Source of the DNA: Cyanophyceae cyanobacterium | GTDB taxonomy: Bacteria; Cyanobacteriota; Cyanobacteriia; Cyanobacteriales; Laspinemataceae | Assembly (NCBI GenBank): GCA_038321985.1 | Contig: JBBQFN010000004.1 | Span: 224,001-288,000, forward strand | DNA length: 64,000 nucleotides | Direction: 5' to 3' | In this document: positions 1 to 11,492 of the stretch, one piece after another | Position numbering within the stretch: position 1 is the stretch's first letter | Layout: each line of letters begins with the position of its first letter | The notes under the pieces: generated by a model | What the model saw: only the letters and a program-made list of their open reading frames with translations | Told to the model about the DNA's origin: nothing | Databases searched by the model: none | Position numbers and translations under genes: made by a program

Positions 1-184
1 CGATCGGGGGAATAAATGCCCAAGCAATCCCCAGAAAGGACTGGCGATATTGAGCGCTGATATCTCGAATCATCAGCCGCCACGCCAGCGATCGCGCTGC
101 TAGCAAATCCCGCCACATTTGTCGAAACATTCGTTTAGGATGTCGGAGTTCGCTTTGGGGAGTATAAATGTATTCGGGCTGCAT
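1..184 (-). CDS. ABC-2 polysaccharide export permease (Wzm/RfbA-like), 5' part only; runs off the window edge
   Basis: Not in the ORF track. Manual translation from ATG at 184 gives MQPEYIYTPQSELRHPKRMFRQMWRDLLAARSLAWRLMIRDISAQYRQSFLGIAWAFIPPI, containing the 'RD...YRQSxLGxxW' motif of Wzm permeases. It follows three glycosyltransferase genes. Confidence 0.85.
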   Translation of the reverse strand, partial: MQPEYIYTPQSELRHPKRMFRQMWRDLLAARSLAWRLMIRDISAQYRQSFLGIAWAFIPPI

Positions 185-296
185 ATTCTTTTACTGACTA
201 GGCTAACAAAACAAAGGTTTGCAAGAGGAAACACAAAGGCGATTCGCACCCTGAAAAGTCGCTTAATTTCAAGCAATTCAGGGTACAATTAAACCC

Positions 297-1370
297 TTAA
301 GATTGAGATAAAGAGGGGGTTGAGGAGTTTTGCTCCTCCGTTTGAATTGTACTGCTAACGGGTTGTTCCATCTGCATCTGCTCCGATTGCTGTTTGAAGT
401 AGCGATCGCTCAGGTAACGGTTAAGTAACTTATCCAAAGGACAGAGAATCCGCCGCTCAAAAAAGCCACTTTTAATCCCAAATGTCAACCGTTCACTTAA
501 CGGCATCAAAATCGACTTTCTGCGCCGCCATCCCATCCGTTTATACTTAATTTGAAAATAAGCATCTTCGTCGAGATTCCATTTATCCCGTAAGCGGTGC
601 AAGCTATTCAACTGCCACGCATCACTCCAGCGCAGCATATAGAAGGGTAAATCCGTCAATTCTAGGGGAGGACCGGGAACATAGGTAACGAGGGATGCAG
701 GCTCGAAATAGACGGTTTCTCCAGCTTCTCTAACACTCATGCAGAAGTCCAGATGTTCTTTCGTATTCAGCATCCCTTCATCCAGGGGTCCGAGGCGATC
801 AAAAATCGAACGGCGTACCAAAACACAATGAAATTCTGCCAGTTCCGTTTCATGTCGCTGGAGTTCGTCTCGTACCTCAGCAACCCGCTTGCCTTGCTTA
901 TACATTTTTTCCCGCAGTCTGCGCCGGGGACGGTCCCCAGTATTATCAATCCAAATATGCGACTCTCCCCCGGCGAAATGGACGATTTCATGAACGGGTT
1001 TATCTTGCCCCATCAAAGGACCTACAACGGTAGCATTCGTTTCTTCGGCACATTCCACCAACCGTTCCAACCATCCGGGGCTGACAATTACATCGTTATC
1101 GAGGAAGGCAACATATTTAGTTTTAACGTGACTTAATCCAATATTGCGACTGGTATTGGGCGATAAATAGCGATTGATTCTAATTAAGTTAAAACCATGT
1201 AAACGGGATTGTTCTTCTAAATACTCTCGGACTTTATCCGGAGAGTTGCCATCCACATAGACTAATTCAAAGGGAATATCCGTGTATTGATAAATACTTT
1301 CCAGAGATTCGCTGGTGCAACTAAATCGTTCGCGAGGAACAACTACTAGGGTAACTTGGGGTTCAGTCAT
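297..1370 (-). CDS. Glycosyltransferase family 2 (GT-A)
   Basis: LVYVDGNS, RNIGL and FLDND (DxD) motifs. Confidence 0.9.
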   Translation of the reverse strand: MTEPQVTLVVVPRERFSCTSESLESIYQYTDIPFELVYVDGNSPDKVREYLEEQSRLHGFNLIRINRYLSPNTSRNIGLSHVKTKYVAFLDNDVIVSPGWLERLVECAEETNATVVGPLMGQDKPVHEIVHFAGGESHIWIDNTGDRPRRRLREKMYKQGKRVAEVRDELQRHETELAEFHCVLVRRSIFDRLGPLDEGMLNTKEHLDFCMSVREAGETVYFEPASLVTYVPGPPLELTDLPFYMLRWSDAWQLNSLHRLRDKWNLDEDAYFQIKYKRMGWRRRKSILMPLSERLTFGIKSGFFERRILCPLDKLLNRYLSDRYFKQQSEQMQMEQPVSSTIQTEEQNSSTPSLSQS

Positions 1371-1447
1371 GGTTTATGTCTCCTTGAAATGTACGTTAAA
1401 ACTGGGCTAAATGGGGCAAAATTTTGATAAAAATAAATTCCCGTAGG

Positions 1448-2740
1448 TTATTCGGTTTGAACTGAAATCAACTGAGAGGGTTGGGGCGACTGCACTTTTG
1501 GAATTGAGTTAACTGCCTGGTGATAAACATCCACGAGGAGGTCATTAAGGGGGTTAATATTGTAGTGGGTTTCCACCTCCGTGCGTCCCGCTTGACCCAT
1601 TTGAGCCCACTGTTCCGGATGCTGAATTAGCACCTTTAATTTCTCCGCCAACCCCGGTGCATCTCTTTCCGGAACCAGAAAACCTGAAATTCCATCCCGG
1701 ACTAATTCAGGAATACCTCCATGATAGGTACTCACCACAGGTAACCCGATCGCCATTGCTTCTTTTAAAACATTAATGGGCGCATCGCAGTCGCCATCAG
1801 CAGCGGTGACACTAGGGGCCATAAAAATATGAGAATTTGCCAAAACTTCTTGGATTTCCGGCTGAGTTTTCCATCCGAGTAACTGGATAATAGTGCTAAC
1901 TCCCAGTTCATCAATGAGTTGCTGTAACTTGGATTTTAAAGGACCATCTCCAATAATTTTATACTCCAGATTAGGATACTGGGATGCTAGTTGAGCAACG
2001 GCCCGAATTCCATACTCAATCCCTTTTTTTTCACTGAGTCGTCCTGTAGTGGCAATTCGGATTTTTCCATCCCCAGGAGGACGAGGCGGCGAGAAGGTAA
2101 ATTCCCTCGGTTCCAATCCGGAACGGACGACGGCGAGGCGATTTGGGTCACAGCCAATGCGAATCAATTCGCCCTTAAAATAGTCGCAGTTGGTCATGAA
2201 GAAATCACCGTTTTTAAAAAGGGGTTCATAAACACCGTCGCCCTGTTCGTGCAGATACAGGCTAATATCAAAACCCCGAAATGTTGTCACCAATTTAGCG
2301 GATGGAAAACAGATATCCCGAAAGGTGATTCCCCGTAAACCTAGGTCCCCAAACTGACAGTGAATAATATCGTAAGGTACTTTATCCAGGGTGGGGAGGG
2401 CGACGTGCAGTAACCAAAAGGTCGCCGCTGAGGTGCCATATTTAAAAACGTTGAGCGATCGCAGCACTGCTGCCGGATTTTTGGAGAAGTTCATGGCAAG
2501 TAATTTCCAGCCATTTAACCAACGAACTGCATAATTAGAGCTAATTTCCGGTAAAGGATAGGTGCGATCCAAGAGGTTATATTTTTCTACGTCCGGGTGC
2601 ACCTTTTCTAAATTTTTGGGGATACCTTCCAAGGGGTAAATATCTACTTCATGATTGCGATCCAGCAACCCTGTGATCTGATTGAGGATGAAGGTTTGGG
2701 ATAATACGGGAAAGTGACGGACAATCAACGCAATTCTCAT
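1448..2740 (-). CDS. Glycosyltransferase family 4, WcaL-like
   Basis: N-terminal FPVLSQTFILNQITGL plus GRLSEKKG and LKEAMAIGLPVVSTYHGGIPELV are typical of WcaL/GT4. Confidence 0.9.
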   Translation of the reverse strand: MRIALIVRHFPVLSQTFILNQITGLLDRNHEVDIYPLEGIPKNLEKVHPDVEKYNLLDRTYPLPEISSNYAVRWLNGWKLLAMNFSKNPAAVLRSLNVFKYGTSAATFWLLHVALPTLDKVPYDIIHCQFGDLGLRGITFRDICFPSAKLVTTFRGFDISLYLHEQGDGVYEPLFKNGDFFMTNCDYFKGELIRIGCDPNRLAVVRSGLEPREFTFSPPRPPGDGKIRIATTGRLSEKKGIEYGIRAVAQLASQYPNLEYKIIGDGPLKSKLQQLIDELGVSTIIQLLGWKTQPEIQEVLANSHIFMAPSVTAADGDCDAPINVLKEAMAIGLPVVSTYHGGIPELVRDGISGFLVPERDAPGLAEKLKVLIQHPEQWAQMGQAGRTEVETHYNINPLNDLLVDVYHQAVNSIPKVQSPQPSQLISVQTE

Positions 2741-2912
2741 CGTTTTTTCTCATACTGTAACGGTTAAGCTAGATTGGTTTGATTTTTTATAGGCTTCCCT
2801 CTCTTATAGAATTGGGCATGGGAAAAATTTTTTCCGTTAACGGCGAGGATTAGAATAGGGGTTAATCCCAGAATTTTCAGGAATTTGAACAATCATTGGT
2901 GGAAAATAAACG

Positions 2913-3878
2913 TTATCCATTCTCTTTGGATGGGCTGATGTTGCGGTGAACGGAATGGAAAAATTTAATTGCGGGAATATTAGGCATGAATTCCATAAAA
3001 AACAGCTTTATTTTTTCTCCCGCTTTAACGAATTTCATCCACATTAAGAGGGCCATAAACTTTGCTTTATAAGTAAAGTTTTTCGGGCGATTATTATTAC
3101 TAATTTTAAACCAAATTCGTAACGGAGGCTTGAGGTCGGAGAGAACAAACTTGAGGAGTACCAGGGGAAAATAGGGGCGATCGCGGTTTAAATAGTAAGT
3201 TGCTCTTGCCACTCGCGCTACCTTTTTCTGGAGTTTTTTCACCGAATCTCGGGCGGGATGACAAATGACAGCATCGGCAGCATAACTTTGGGCGTAACCC
3301 GCAGCAAAAACTCGCTTTCCCCACTCGCGATCGCCTCCCGATTTCAATGTCGAGTTAAATAACCCCACCCGATCAAAGACGTTCTTATAGGTAAAAACGT
3401 TAGCAGTTGCGGCAAAATTCTCAGTTTTTAGATAAAATTCTTGCTGCAAAAAGAAAAATTGATCGTAGACTTCTGCTGCGGTTGGACGATTGGGATTTTT
3501 AAAAGAAAACTGGATATGACCCCCAACTAATCCACAATTGGGAACCGTTAATAAATGAGATGTTCCTTTCTCTAACCAATCGGCTTCAGGAATGCAATCT
3601 GCATCCGTAAATGCCAGAACTTCACCTTGAGCGTATAGAATTCCCTTATTTCGAGCCGTATAGGAACCCCGGGAAGGTTCTACCAGCATTTTCGCTTGAT
3701 GAAACTGCCGGACTACTGGCTCAATACTTACATCGGAACCATTATCAACCACCAGCACTTCAAAGCGATGCTGGGGATAGGTCTGGTTTTCTAAAGCTGT
3801 TAAACACAGTTGAAGTCGTTCGGCATCATTCCAAACGGGAATGATAATAGAAACAAAGGGTTGAGGTTGCTGATTCAT
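2913..3878 (-). CDS. Glycosyltransferase family 2
   Basis: VSIIIPVWND, VVDNGS and FTDADC motifs. Start moved to ATG 3878 (MNQQPQPF); the ORF track start is 3980. Confidence 0.9.
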   Translation of the reverse strand: MNQQPQPFVSIIIPVWNDAERLQLCLTALENQTYPQHRFEVLVVDNGSDVSIEPVVRQFHQAKMLVEPSRGSYTARNKGILYAQGEVLAFTDADCIPEADWLEKGTSHLLTVPNCGLVGGHIQFSFKNPNRPTAAEVYDQFFFLQQEFYLKTENFAATANVFTYKNVFDRVGLFNSTLKSGGDREWGKRVFAAGYAQSYAADAVICHPARDSVKKLQKKVARVARATYYLNRDRPYFPLVLLKFVLSDLKPPLRIWFKISNNNRPKNFTYKAKFMALLMWMKFVKAGEKIKLFFMEFMPNIPAIKFFHSVHRNISPSKENG

Positions 3879-4692
3879 TATTTTTCTCTGTTTAAACAAA
3901 GAAGCGTTAGGATTGGCAAGACTGGCTCCCTTTTGGCAAAATATAAATTCACTCGGGCGATCGCCTGATTTTTCTATCAATCTTCATGGCTGACATCATC
4001 CAGAGGATCAAGGGAAACGCTTTCGGGAGTGGCATAGGAGACAGGTAAAATGTATCTAATACTACTTTTACCTGCTAATTTTAACAATTGACCCCATAAA
4101 TAACACCCTGGTCTCAGTTTTATCTAGTTCAGGGAGCAAACTCATCTATCTAGAGGATGAGTTGGTAAAAGTCTTCATTATTAACCACAAATTAAGAAAG
4201 CATTAATCCCCCACTCTGGTGACTCTTAGCGGTTTAAAGCCTCTGCTAATTTTTACAAAAAATGAACCATTTGGTATCGAAAAAATATTTAGTCCCAACC
4301 CCCATTTTTGGGCAAATTTTTATCGATAATTTCTCTTAACGAAGGGTTAATCAATCCCCAGAACGCGAGAGTTCAAAGTGCTGGCGGTATTTCTGAGACC
4401 CGGGTTTTTTAAACTTTCTGAGGTAGGAAGCCGACGGATTTAAATTATACTTTTGTTACACAGTCAATCTATTAAAAGAGGTAAATTAGGGGTGATTTTT
4501 AAAGCTCCAAAAATCTGTCAACCCCCCTAAGGTAGAGACGGTGCAAGGTCAGTATCCGGTCTACCTTAAATCTTCAGGGGCGATGCTCAAGGAGACTCTG
4601 CCTTGCTTCTAGATATCGATTAAATATTTAATAGCTCCCATCCAGACAGTTACAAACGACTTGTTTTCTTTGGAAAAAGAAAAATAATTAGG

Positions 4693-5100
4693 TTAGGGTT
4701 TATATTCATCTATGGCTCGATTGGCTTCGGCGTCGGCTAGGGCGTTGTCGGCTCTGCGCACGTGTTCGGGGGGGGCGTAGCTTTCAAACTGACTCAGCAG
4801 CAATTTTACTTGGTCATATAAAGGCTTTAATTCAGCTTTTTTGACTTGATATTGTCCGAGGAGTTGTTTGACCATCAGTTCGCTATCCGCCCGGAGTTTT
4901 ACTCGGGTTGCTCCCATTTCTAGGGCAGTTTCTAACCCGAGGATAGCGGCTTGATATTCCGCTTGATTGTTGGTGGTTTCTCCTAGGTATTTACAGACTT
5001 TATTTAAGATATTTCCCTCTTCGTCTAGAAGGACTGCTCCGGCTCCCGCAGGGCCGGGGTTACGTCGAGAGGCACCGTCGGAATAGATTGTGAGATACAT
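4693..5100 (-). CDS. rnhA: Ribonuclease HI family protein
   Basis: DGASRRNPGPAG, TNNQAEY, DSELMVKQ and NALAD supply the four acidic catalytic residues of RNase H. Confidence 0.9.
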   Translation of the reverse strand: MYLTIYSDGASRRNPGPAGAGAVLLDEEGNILNKVCKYLGETTNNQAEYQAAILGLETALEMGATRVKLRADSELMVKQLLGQYQVKKAELKPLYDQVKLLLSQFESYAPPEHVRRADNALADAEANRAIDEYKP

Positions 5101-5212
5101 GAAAAATGACTCCTTTAAGCGGGAATGAGTATTGTACTATAAAATTAAGGGGCGATCGCAAATCTGAGACTGGGAATTAGATTTAAAGGTTGAGATGCGA
5201 TCGCCGGATAAG

Positions 5213-5677
5213 TTAGGGAGATTCAACGAGTAAGGGTCCATGAGGGAGGAATCGGCGATCGCTGCTTACTTTTTTGTTGAGGTTCTGGAAAGAAGTAATG
5301 GGAATTTGTTCGCTTGCGGGTAATTCGCGGAGGTTTTGAACTTCCCAAAAAACAGCCCAAGTGCTTTTATCTAATGGCGCTGAAGCGGGCCGAAAACGCT
5401 TTTCTCCGGGATATCGGCCCCGACGGGAGGGGAGGTGCCCGAGGTAAATTCCCTGCCATACTACGGACATGATCAGGGGTTTCTCGGAGTCGGGATGGGA
5501 GGGATAAATAAATACTTCTACCTCTTCACCCTTTCTAATCTCATCGGCTTCCCGAAATAATTCCCAGGCATCACTACCGAAAGCCACTTTACCCTCAAGA
5601 TCGCAGGTTTCCACCCCGGAAATTAACTGGGGTTCGGAAACCGGTGCCACAATTGCAAATGTTTTAGTGATGGTCAT
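5213..5677 (-). CDS. Hypothetical protein
   Basis: 154-aa ORF co-directional with rnhA; no recognised motif. Confidence 0.65.
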   Translation of the reverse strand: MTITKTFAIVAPVSEPQLISGVETCDLEGKVAFGSDAWELFREADEIRKGEEVEVFIYPSHPDSEKPLIMSVVWQGIYLGHLPSRRGRYPGEKRFRPASAPLDKSTWAVFWEVQNLRELPASEQIPITSFQNLNKKVSSDRRFLPHGPLLVESP

Positions 5678-5814
5678 TTAATTTCATATCCTCAGAATTT
5701 AAGATTGAAGCATTGTCGCTTTCTAGTCACTCAAATTTTTTCAGTTTCCGTAGCCTGTTATTCAAACGGCTGTATTTTCCGCTAATCTCAGTTTACTGAC
5801 TTTCTAGAAAAACA

Positions 5815-6465
5815 ATGATCTCAGCATTACTTTTTGATTTAGATGGAACCCTATGCAATACTGACCCCACGCACTTTCAAACTTGGTTGGAACTGTTACG
5901 GGACTACGAGATGGAGATTGATACACCCTTTTATCAATCCCGGATTAGTGGACGGCTGAATCAGGCAATTATCCAAGATTTGTTACCGCAACTTTCCCCC
6001 TTTGAGGGAAAGCAGCTTGCCGACGAAAAGGAAGCTCGTTTCCGTAAACTAGCCTTAAAGTTAGAGCGATTAGCGGGGGTTTCCCAAGTTTTAGAATGGT
6101 CTGAGGAACGGGGATTATTGCGATCGCTGGTCACCAATGCTCCCCGGAAAAATGTAGAATTCATGTTAAAAGTGCTGGGGTTAACTGATACGTTTGAGCC
6201 TGTAATTTTAGGCGAAAATTTACCCGCTGCCAAGCCTGATCCGCTGCCTTATCAAATGGCTTTAGAACACTTGGGGCTTTCGGCGTCGGAGGCGATCGCC
6301 TTTGAGGATTCTCCCTCGGGGATTCAGTCTGCGGTTGGGGCCGGTATTTATACGATTGGTATTGCCTCCACACATCCGCCTAATCATCTTAAAGACTTGG
6401 GTGCAGCAATGGCGATTTTTGATTTCACTGATGCGGAACTCTGGAGGTTTTTAGGAACGATTTAG
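5815..6465 (+). CDS. HAD-superfamily hydrolase (CbbY/beta-PGM-like)
   Basis: FDLDGTL motif I, KPDP and FEDSPSG motifs. Confidence 0.9.
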   Translation: MISALLFDLDGTLCNTDPTHFQTWLELLRDYEMEIDTPFYQSRISGRLNQAIIQDLLPQLSPFEGKQLADEKEARFRKLALKLERLAGVSQVLEWSEERGLLRSLVTNAPRKNVEFMLKVLGLTDTFEPVILGENLPAAKPDPLPYQMALEHLGLSASEAIAFEDSPSGIQSAVGAGIYTIGIASTHPPNHLKDLGAAMAIFDFTDAELWRFLGTI

Positions 6466-6718
6466 GTAGCCTTTTCTTAACTAGGGGGTTTGGGTTTGAT
6501 TACATTTTTTTATCTCTCCCAAACCCTGCATCGGTTCCTTCGGATACCATTTAGGCTACTTTTTTTAAAGGCGCTGCTATTGTAAACGAATTTGACGCTT
6601 AAAGGTTCTCTCTTTAGAAAGATGTGTAAATGCCCTGTTTACGGCAATAATAGCGATTGACTTTAGGTGGGACTTCAAGGTTCTATTGCACTCTATTTAA
6701 TAGGTTCTATCAAAACGT

Positions 6719-8554
6719 ATGACGGTTAAACTGGGTTCTAATTATTTGGGGAATGACCGCTGTGATTTTACAGTTTGGGCCCCCATTCCTACAGAAGTGG
6801 CGGTGGTGATTACTGGGGAAGAGAAACAGCGAGCGATCGCGATGGAACAGCAGGAGGAAGGTTACTGGAGGGCTACAGTAGAGGGGATTGCACCGGGTAC
6901 TCAGTATTTCTATCGTTTAGACGGAAACCTGACTAGACCCGACCCCGCTTCCCAGTTCCAACCGGATGGGGTACATGGGGCTTCTGAAGTAGTAGACCCG
7001 AATGCTTTTTCTTGGAACGATCTCAATTGGAGTAACATCCCCCTAGAAGAGTATATCATCTATGAAATTCACATTGGCACGTTTACCCCAGAGGGAACAT
7101 TTGAGGCGGTGATTCCCCGTTTGGGAGTCTTAAAAGATTTAGGAATTAACGCCATTGAAATTATGCCCGTTGCCCAATTTCCGGGCGATCGCAACTGGGG
7201 ATATGATGGTGTTTTTCCCTATGCGGTTCAAAATTCCTATGGAGGACCGAATCAATTTAAAAAACTGATTGATGCCTGTCATCAGCAAGGCATTGCCGTC
7301 GTCCTAGATGTCGTTTATAATCATTTGGGGCCTGAAGGAAATTACCTGCCTGACTTTGGTCCGTATTTTACAAAAAAATATCGGCCCCTTTGGGGAGAAC
7401 CGCTCAATTTTGACGAACAATACAGTGATGAAGTCCGTTATTTTTTCCTAGAAAATGCTATTTATTGGCTGCGAGATTATCACATTGATGCGTTGCGATT
7501 AGATGCAATTCAAGCCATTTTTGAAATGGGAGCACGGCCATTTTTACAACAAATGTCTGAGGCGGTTGCCGAATTATCTCACCAGGAAGGACGGAAATTT
7601 TATTTAACGGCGGAAAGCGATTTAAATGATGTTCGGGTACTGCGTCCGAAAGAGCTAGGAGGCTATGGCATTGATTCTCAGTGGTGTGATGATTTCCATC
7701 ATATCTTACATACCCTACTCACCGGAGAAGATGACCGATACTATCAAGATTTTGGGCAGATTCAACAGTTAGTTAAATCCTTTAAAGAAGGGTTTATTTA
7801 TGATGGAGAATATGCCCCTCATCGCAAAAGACGACATGGAAATTCCGCCAAGGACCAACCTGCTTATCAATTTATTGTTTCTTCTCAAAATCATGACCAA
7901 ATTGGGAACCGCATCGGGGGCGATCGCTTATCGGATTTAATTTCTTTTGAAGGGTTAAAAGTAGCCGCAGCCACGGTTTTGCTTTCTCCCTTTCTGCCTT
8001 TGTTATTTATGGGAGAAGAATACGGCGAGACGGCTCCATTTCTGTATTTTGTGAATCACTCGGACCCGGACCTAATTGAAGCGATTCGCAAAGACAAAGA
8101 AGAAGAATTTAAACAGTTATTAAATTTAGGTACATTTAATAACCCTCAAGACCCTAATACTTTTCATCAGTGCCAACTGAATTGGGAGCAACATCAACAA
8201 GGTCAACACAAGATCCTATGGGACTTTTACCGGCGACTGATTGAACTGCGCCGGACTGTTCCGGCCCTAAAGAATCTGAGCAAAGAGACTCTAGAATCCA
8301 GTTGTCTAGCAGAAGAAAAACTACTTTTTGTTCGGCGATGGACGGAAAATAGCCAAGCCTTTTATATGATTAATTTCAATAAAAGTTTAGTCCAATTTGA
8401 GACAAATATGCCCCCGGGAAATTGGCAGAAAGTCTTAGATTCTTCTGAACAACGCTGGAAAGGTTCAGGTTCCTCTTTACCGGAAGTCATTCAACCGGGA
8501 CAATCGGTGGCGATCGCCCCGCTTACGGTTGCTCTTTATGAAATTTCCGGATAA
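6719..8554 (+). CDS. treZ: Malto-oligosyltrehalose trehalohydrolase (GH13)
   Basis: RNWGYDGV, DVVYNH, LRLDA and QNHDQIGNR motifs; adjacent to treY. Confidence 0.95.
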   Translation: MTVKLGSNYLGNDRCDFTVWAPIPTEVAVVITGEEKQRAIAMEQQEEGYWRATVEGIAPGTQYFYRLDGNLTRPDPASQFQPDGVHGASEVVDPNAFSWNDLNWSNIPLEEYIIYEIHIGTFTPEGTFEAVIPRLGVLKDLGINAIEIMPVAQFPGDRNWGYDGVFPYAVQNSYGGPNQFKKLIDACHQQGIAVVLDVVYNHLGPEGNYLPDFGPYFTKKYRPLWGEPLNFDEQYSDEVRYFFLENAIYWLRDYHIDALRLDAIQAIFEMGARPFLQQMSEAVAELSHQEGRKFYLTAESDLNDVRVLRPKELGGYGIDSQWCDDFHHILHTLLTGEDDRYYQDFGQIQQLVKSFKEGFIYDGEYAPHRKRRHGNSAKDQPAYQFIVSSQNHDQIGNRIGGDRLSDLISFEGLKVAAATVLLSPFLPLLFMGEEYGETAPFLYFVNHSDPDLIEAIRKDKEEEFKQLLNLGTFNNPQDPNTFHQCQLNWEQHQQGQHKILWDFYRRLIELRRTVPALKNLSKETLESSCLAEEKLLFVRRWTENSQAFYMINFNKSLVQFETNMPPGNWQKVLDSSEQRWKGSGSSLPEVIQPGQSVAIAPLTVALYEISG

Positions 8555-8696
8555 AATAAGCGGGTCTAAATTACCCTGAGTTTAATCACCTTTCTGGAGG
8601 AGTGCGAGGGCCTTTACTTTCGCATTCCCTCAATCAAGTTCCCCATATAACGGGGCTGCTTCACGTCTTTTTTATCCACATAAGAAAAAATCAAAA

Positions 8697-11492
8697 ATGA
8701 AAATTCCACAAGCAACTTACCGGATTCAATTTAACTCTAACTTCCAGTTTGCCGATGCTGAAAAAATTGTAGACTATCTAGCCGATTTGGGAATATCAGA
8801 TATTTACGCCTCGCCCATTTTTAAAGCCCGTAAAGGCAGTACCCACGGCTATGATGTGGTGGATCCCAATCAACTTAATCCGGAACTGGGAAATGGGGAA
8901 GCCTTTGAGTCCCTGATGGAAAAAGTTCAAGGGGAAAATTTAGGGTGGGTGCAAGATATTGTGCCGAACCATACCGCCTACGATAGCGAAAATGCTCTGT
9001 TAATGGATGTGCTAGAAAATGGAGCAGCTTCGGATTATTTTGACTACTTTGATATTGCCTGGAATGCACCTTATGGTGATATTAGTGAAGGGGTATTGGC
9101 TCCTTTGCTCGGAAATTTTTATCAAGAGTGTCTGGAAAATGGAGAAATTCAGCTTGAGTACGATTCCACGGGGTTAAGTATCCAATATTATAGCTTGAAA
9201 TTGCCGATCCGCATTGAGTCTTATGTGCCTTTTTTGACCCATAATTTAGGGCAACTGCGAAAAACTTTGGGCCGAAATCATCCAGAATTTATCAAGCTGC
9301 TAGGAATTCTTTATTTATTAAAAAATATTCCCACCGAAACGAAAGGGCGGGAACGGTATGATCAACTCAGTTTTGTTAAAGGATTGTTGGGGGAGTTGTA
9401 TGAACAAAATTCCGATATTTGCCAATTTATCCAAAGTAATTTAAAAGACTTTAATGGCACCCCAGGAATGCCAGAAACTTTTAATTTACTAGAGGAGTTG
9501 CTGCGAGAACAAGTGTATCGCCTCACGTTCTGGAAAGTGGGGGCGGAAGAAATTAATTACCGACGCTTTTTTACAGTAAATGAATTGATTTCAGTCCGAG
9601 TTGAAACCCTGCGGGTGTTTCATGATACCCATGATTTAATAGCCAAGCTGGTAAAAGAGGGAAAATTTACCGGGGTACGAATCGATCATATTGATGGACT
9701 CTATGACCCTCAGCAATATTTACAACGATTGCGAGATAAATTGGGGGATGTGTATATTACGGTGGAAAAAATCCTGGAAATGGAAGAAATCCTGCCATCA
9801 AATTGGCCGATTGAGGGAACCAGCGGCTACGATTTTATGAATCGGCTGAATGGGTTGTTTTGTAATTGCCATAATCAAGATAGATTTAGTGAGATTTATG
9901 CTGATTTTAGCGGATTAAGCCAATCTTACACTAACCTGTTTTTTGAGAAAAAACACCTAATTGCCGATCGCAATATGGCGGGAGATGCGGACAATTTGGC
10001 CCATTTGTTAAAATCTATTGCGAATCAATCTCGGGAGGGACGGGATTTTACTTTATATTCCCTGAAACGGGCTCTAGTAGAAGTGCTGGTGGCGTTCCCT
10101 GTTTATCGCACCTATATTAATGGGGAAGGGGTCAGCAGTCGCGATCGCCACTATATCCAAGAGGTCATTGCTCAAGCGAAGCAGCTTCTACCCTTGCAGG
10201 GAAAAGAACTAGAATTCATTGAAAAATTAATGTTGTTGGAAAACGCCGATTACTTAACTGAAGAAGAACGAGAGCAACGTCTTTATTCGGTCATGCGAAT
10301 TCAGCAGTGGACGGGTCCGTTGATGGCAAAAGGGATTGAAGATACCCTATTTTACGTTTACAATCGGTTGGTTTCTTTAAATGAAGTGGGTGGGGACCCG
10401 GCCCAATTTGGCCTAACTTTGGAGAAATTCCACGAATTCAATATTCAACAACATGAAAGTTGGATTCATAAAATGAATGCCACTTCAACCCATGATACAA
10501 AACGGGGAGAAGATGTCCGCGCCCGCATCAATGTCCTCTCTGAAATTCCTGATGAGTGGGAACAGCAGGTAAATTCCTGGCGAGAAAGTAACCAAGAACA
10601 TAAAACCCCTCTTCAGCATAAAATGGTCCCAACTGCCAATGATGAATATTTCTTTTATCAAACCCTGCTAGGAGCTTTCCCCTTTGCACCTAGCGAATAT
10701 TCCGAGTTTATTGAACGCGTGAAAGAATGTTCAATCAAATCAGTTCGTGAAGCCAAAGTACACACGGCTTGGTTACGTCCCGATACGGCATATGAGGAGG
10801 GATTTCGGGCCTTTATTGATGGGGTGATGAAGCAGTCGCCTGATAATATATTTCTCCAAAAATTCCAGCCTTTTCAACAGAAAATAGCGAGTTATGGAGT
10901 TTATAATTCTCTGGCTCAAGTGTTGCTAAAACTGACCACTCCGGGAGTACCTGATTTTTACCAAGGAACAGAATTATGGGATTTAAGTTTAGTTGACCCG
11001 GACAACCGACGGGCCGTCAATTTTGAATACCGGATAGCAGCGTTAGGAGAAATTCGCACCCAAGCATCCGAGGATATTTTGACTTTAATGCAGGGGTTAC
11101 TTGCCCACCCCGAATCGGGAAAAATTAAACTCTTTGCGATCGCCCAAATTTTAGAAGCGCGATCGCAGGCAGTCGAACTCTTTCAAACGGGAGAGTATCA
11201 ACCCCTCAAAGTATCGGGCAAATTTAGTGAAAATATTGTGGCATTTGCGCGATCGCACGGAAATCAGGTGGCGATCGCTATTGCACCCCGCTTTCTCACC
11301 CATTTGATCCAACCGGGAACTCTCCCCCTTGGGGAAGTCTGGCAAGACACCCATTTAGAACTGCCTTCGGGACTGCCTTCGGTATGGAAAGATGCAATTT
11401 CCGGACAACCTATTCAAACCGAGGGTACCCTATCAATCGCCCAAACCTTAACCCATTTCCCAATTGCCTTGCTAATGAGTCAAACTCCTTAA
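8697..11492 (+). CDS. treY: Malto-oligosyltrehalose synthase (GH13)
   Basis: ATYRIQF, GSTHGYDV, DIVPNH, RIDHIDGL, STHDTKRGED and LVDPDNRR motifs. Confidence 0.95.
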   Translation: MKIPQATYRIQFNSNFQFADAEKIVDYLADLGISDIYASPIFKARKGSTHGYDVVDPNQLNPELGNGEAFESLMEKVQGENLGWVQDIVPNHTAYDSENALLMDVLENGAASDYFDYFDIAWNAPYGDISEGVLAPLLGNFYQECLENGEIQLEYDSTGLSIQYYSLKLPIRIESYVPFLTHNLGQLRKTLGRNHPEFIKLLGILYLLKNIPTETKGRERYDQLSFVKGLLGELYEQNSDICQFIQSNLKDFNGTPGMPETFNLLEELLREQVYRLTFWKVGAEEINYRRFFTVNELISVRVETLRVFHDTHDLIAKLVKEGKFTGVRIDHIDGLYDPQQYLQRLRDKLGDVYITVEKILEMEEILPSNWPIEGTSGYDFMNRLNGLFCNCHNQDRFSEIYADFSGLSQSYTNLFFEKKHLIADRNMAGDADNLAHLLKSIANQSREGRDFTLYSLKRALVEVLVAFPVYRTYINGEGVSSRDRHYIQEVIAQAKQLLPLQGKELEFIEKLMLLENADYLTEEEREQRLYSVMRIQQWTGPLMAKGIEDTLFYVYNRLVSLNEVGGDPAQFGLTLEKFHEFNIQQHESWIHKMNATSTHDTKRGEDVRARINVLSEIPDEWEQQVNSWRESNQEHKTPLQHKMVPTANDEYFFYQTLLGAFPFAPSEYSEFIERVKECSIKSVREAKVHTAWLRPDTAYEEGFRAFIDGVMKQSPDNIFLQKFQPFQQKIASYGVYNSLAQVLLKLTTPGVPDFYQGTELWDLSLVDPDNRRAVNFEYRIAALGEIRTQASEDILTLMQGLLAHPESGKIKLFAIAQILEARSQAVELFQTGEYQPLKVSGKFSENIVAFARSHGNQVAIAIAPRFLTHLIQPGTLPLGEVWQDTHLELPSGLPSVWKDAISGQPIQTEGTLSIAQTLTHFPIALLMSQTP

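Noticed and set aside
4052..4065. GTA-TCTAATAC-TAC NtcA-like box upstream of the GT cluster
   Set aside because: No TAN3T at 22 nt toward the gene; in AT-rich DNA a chance match is plausible.
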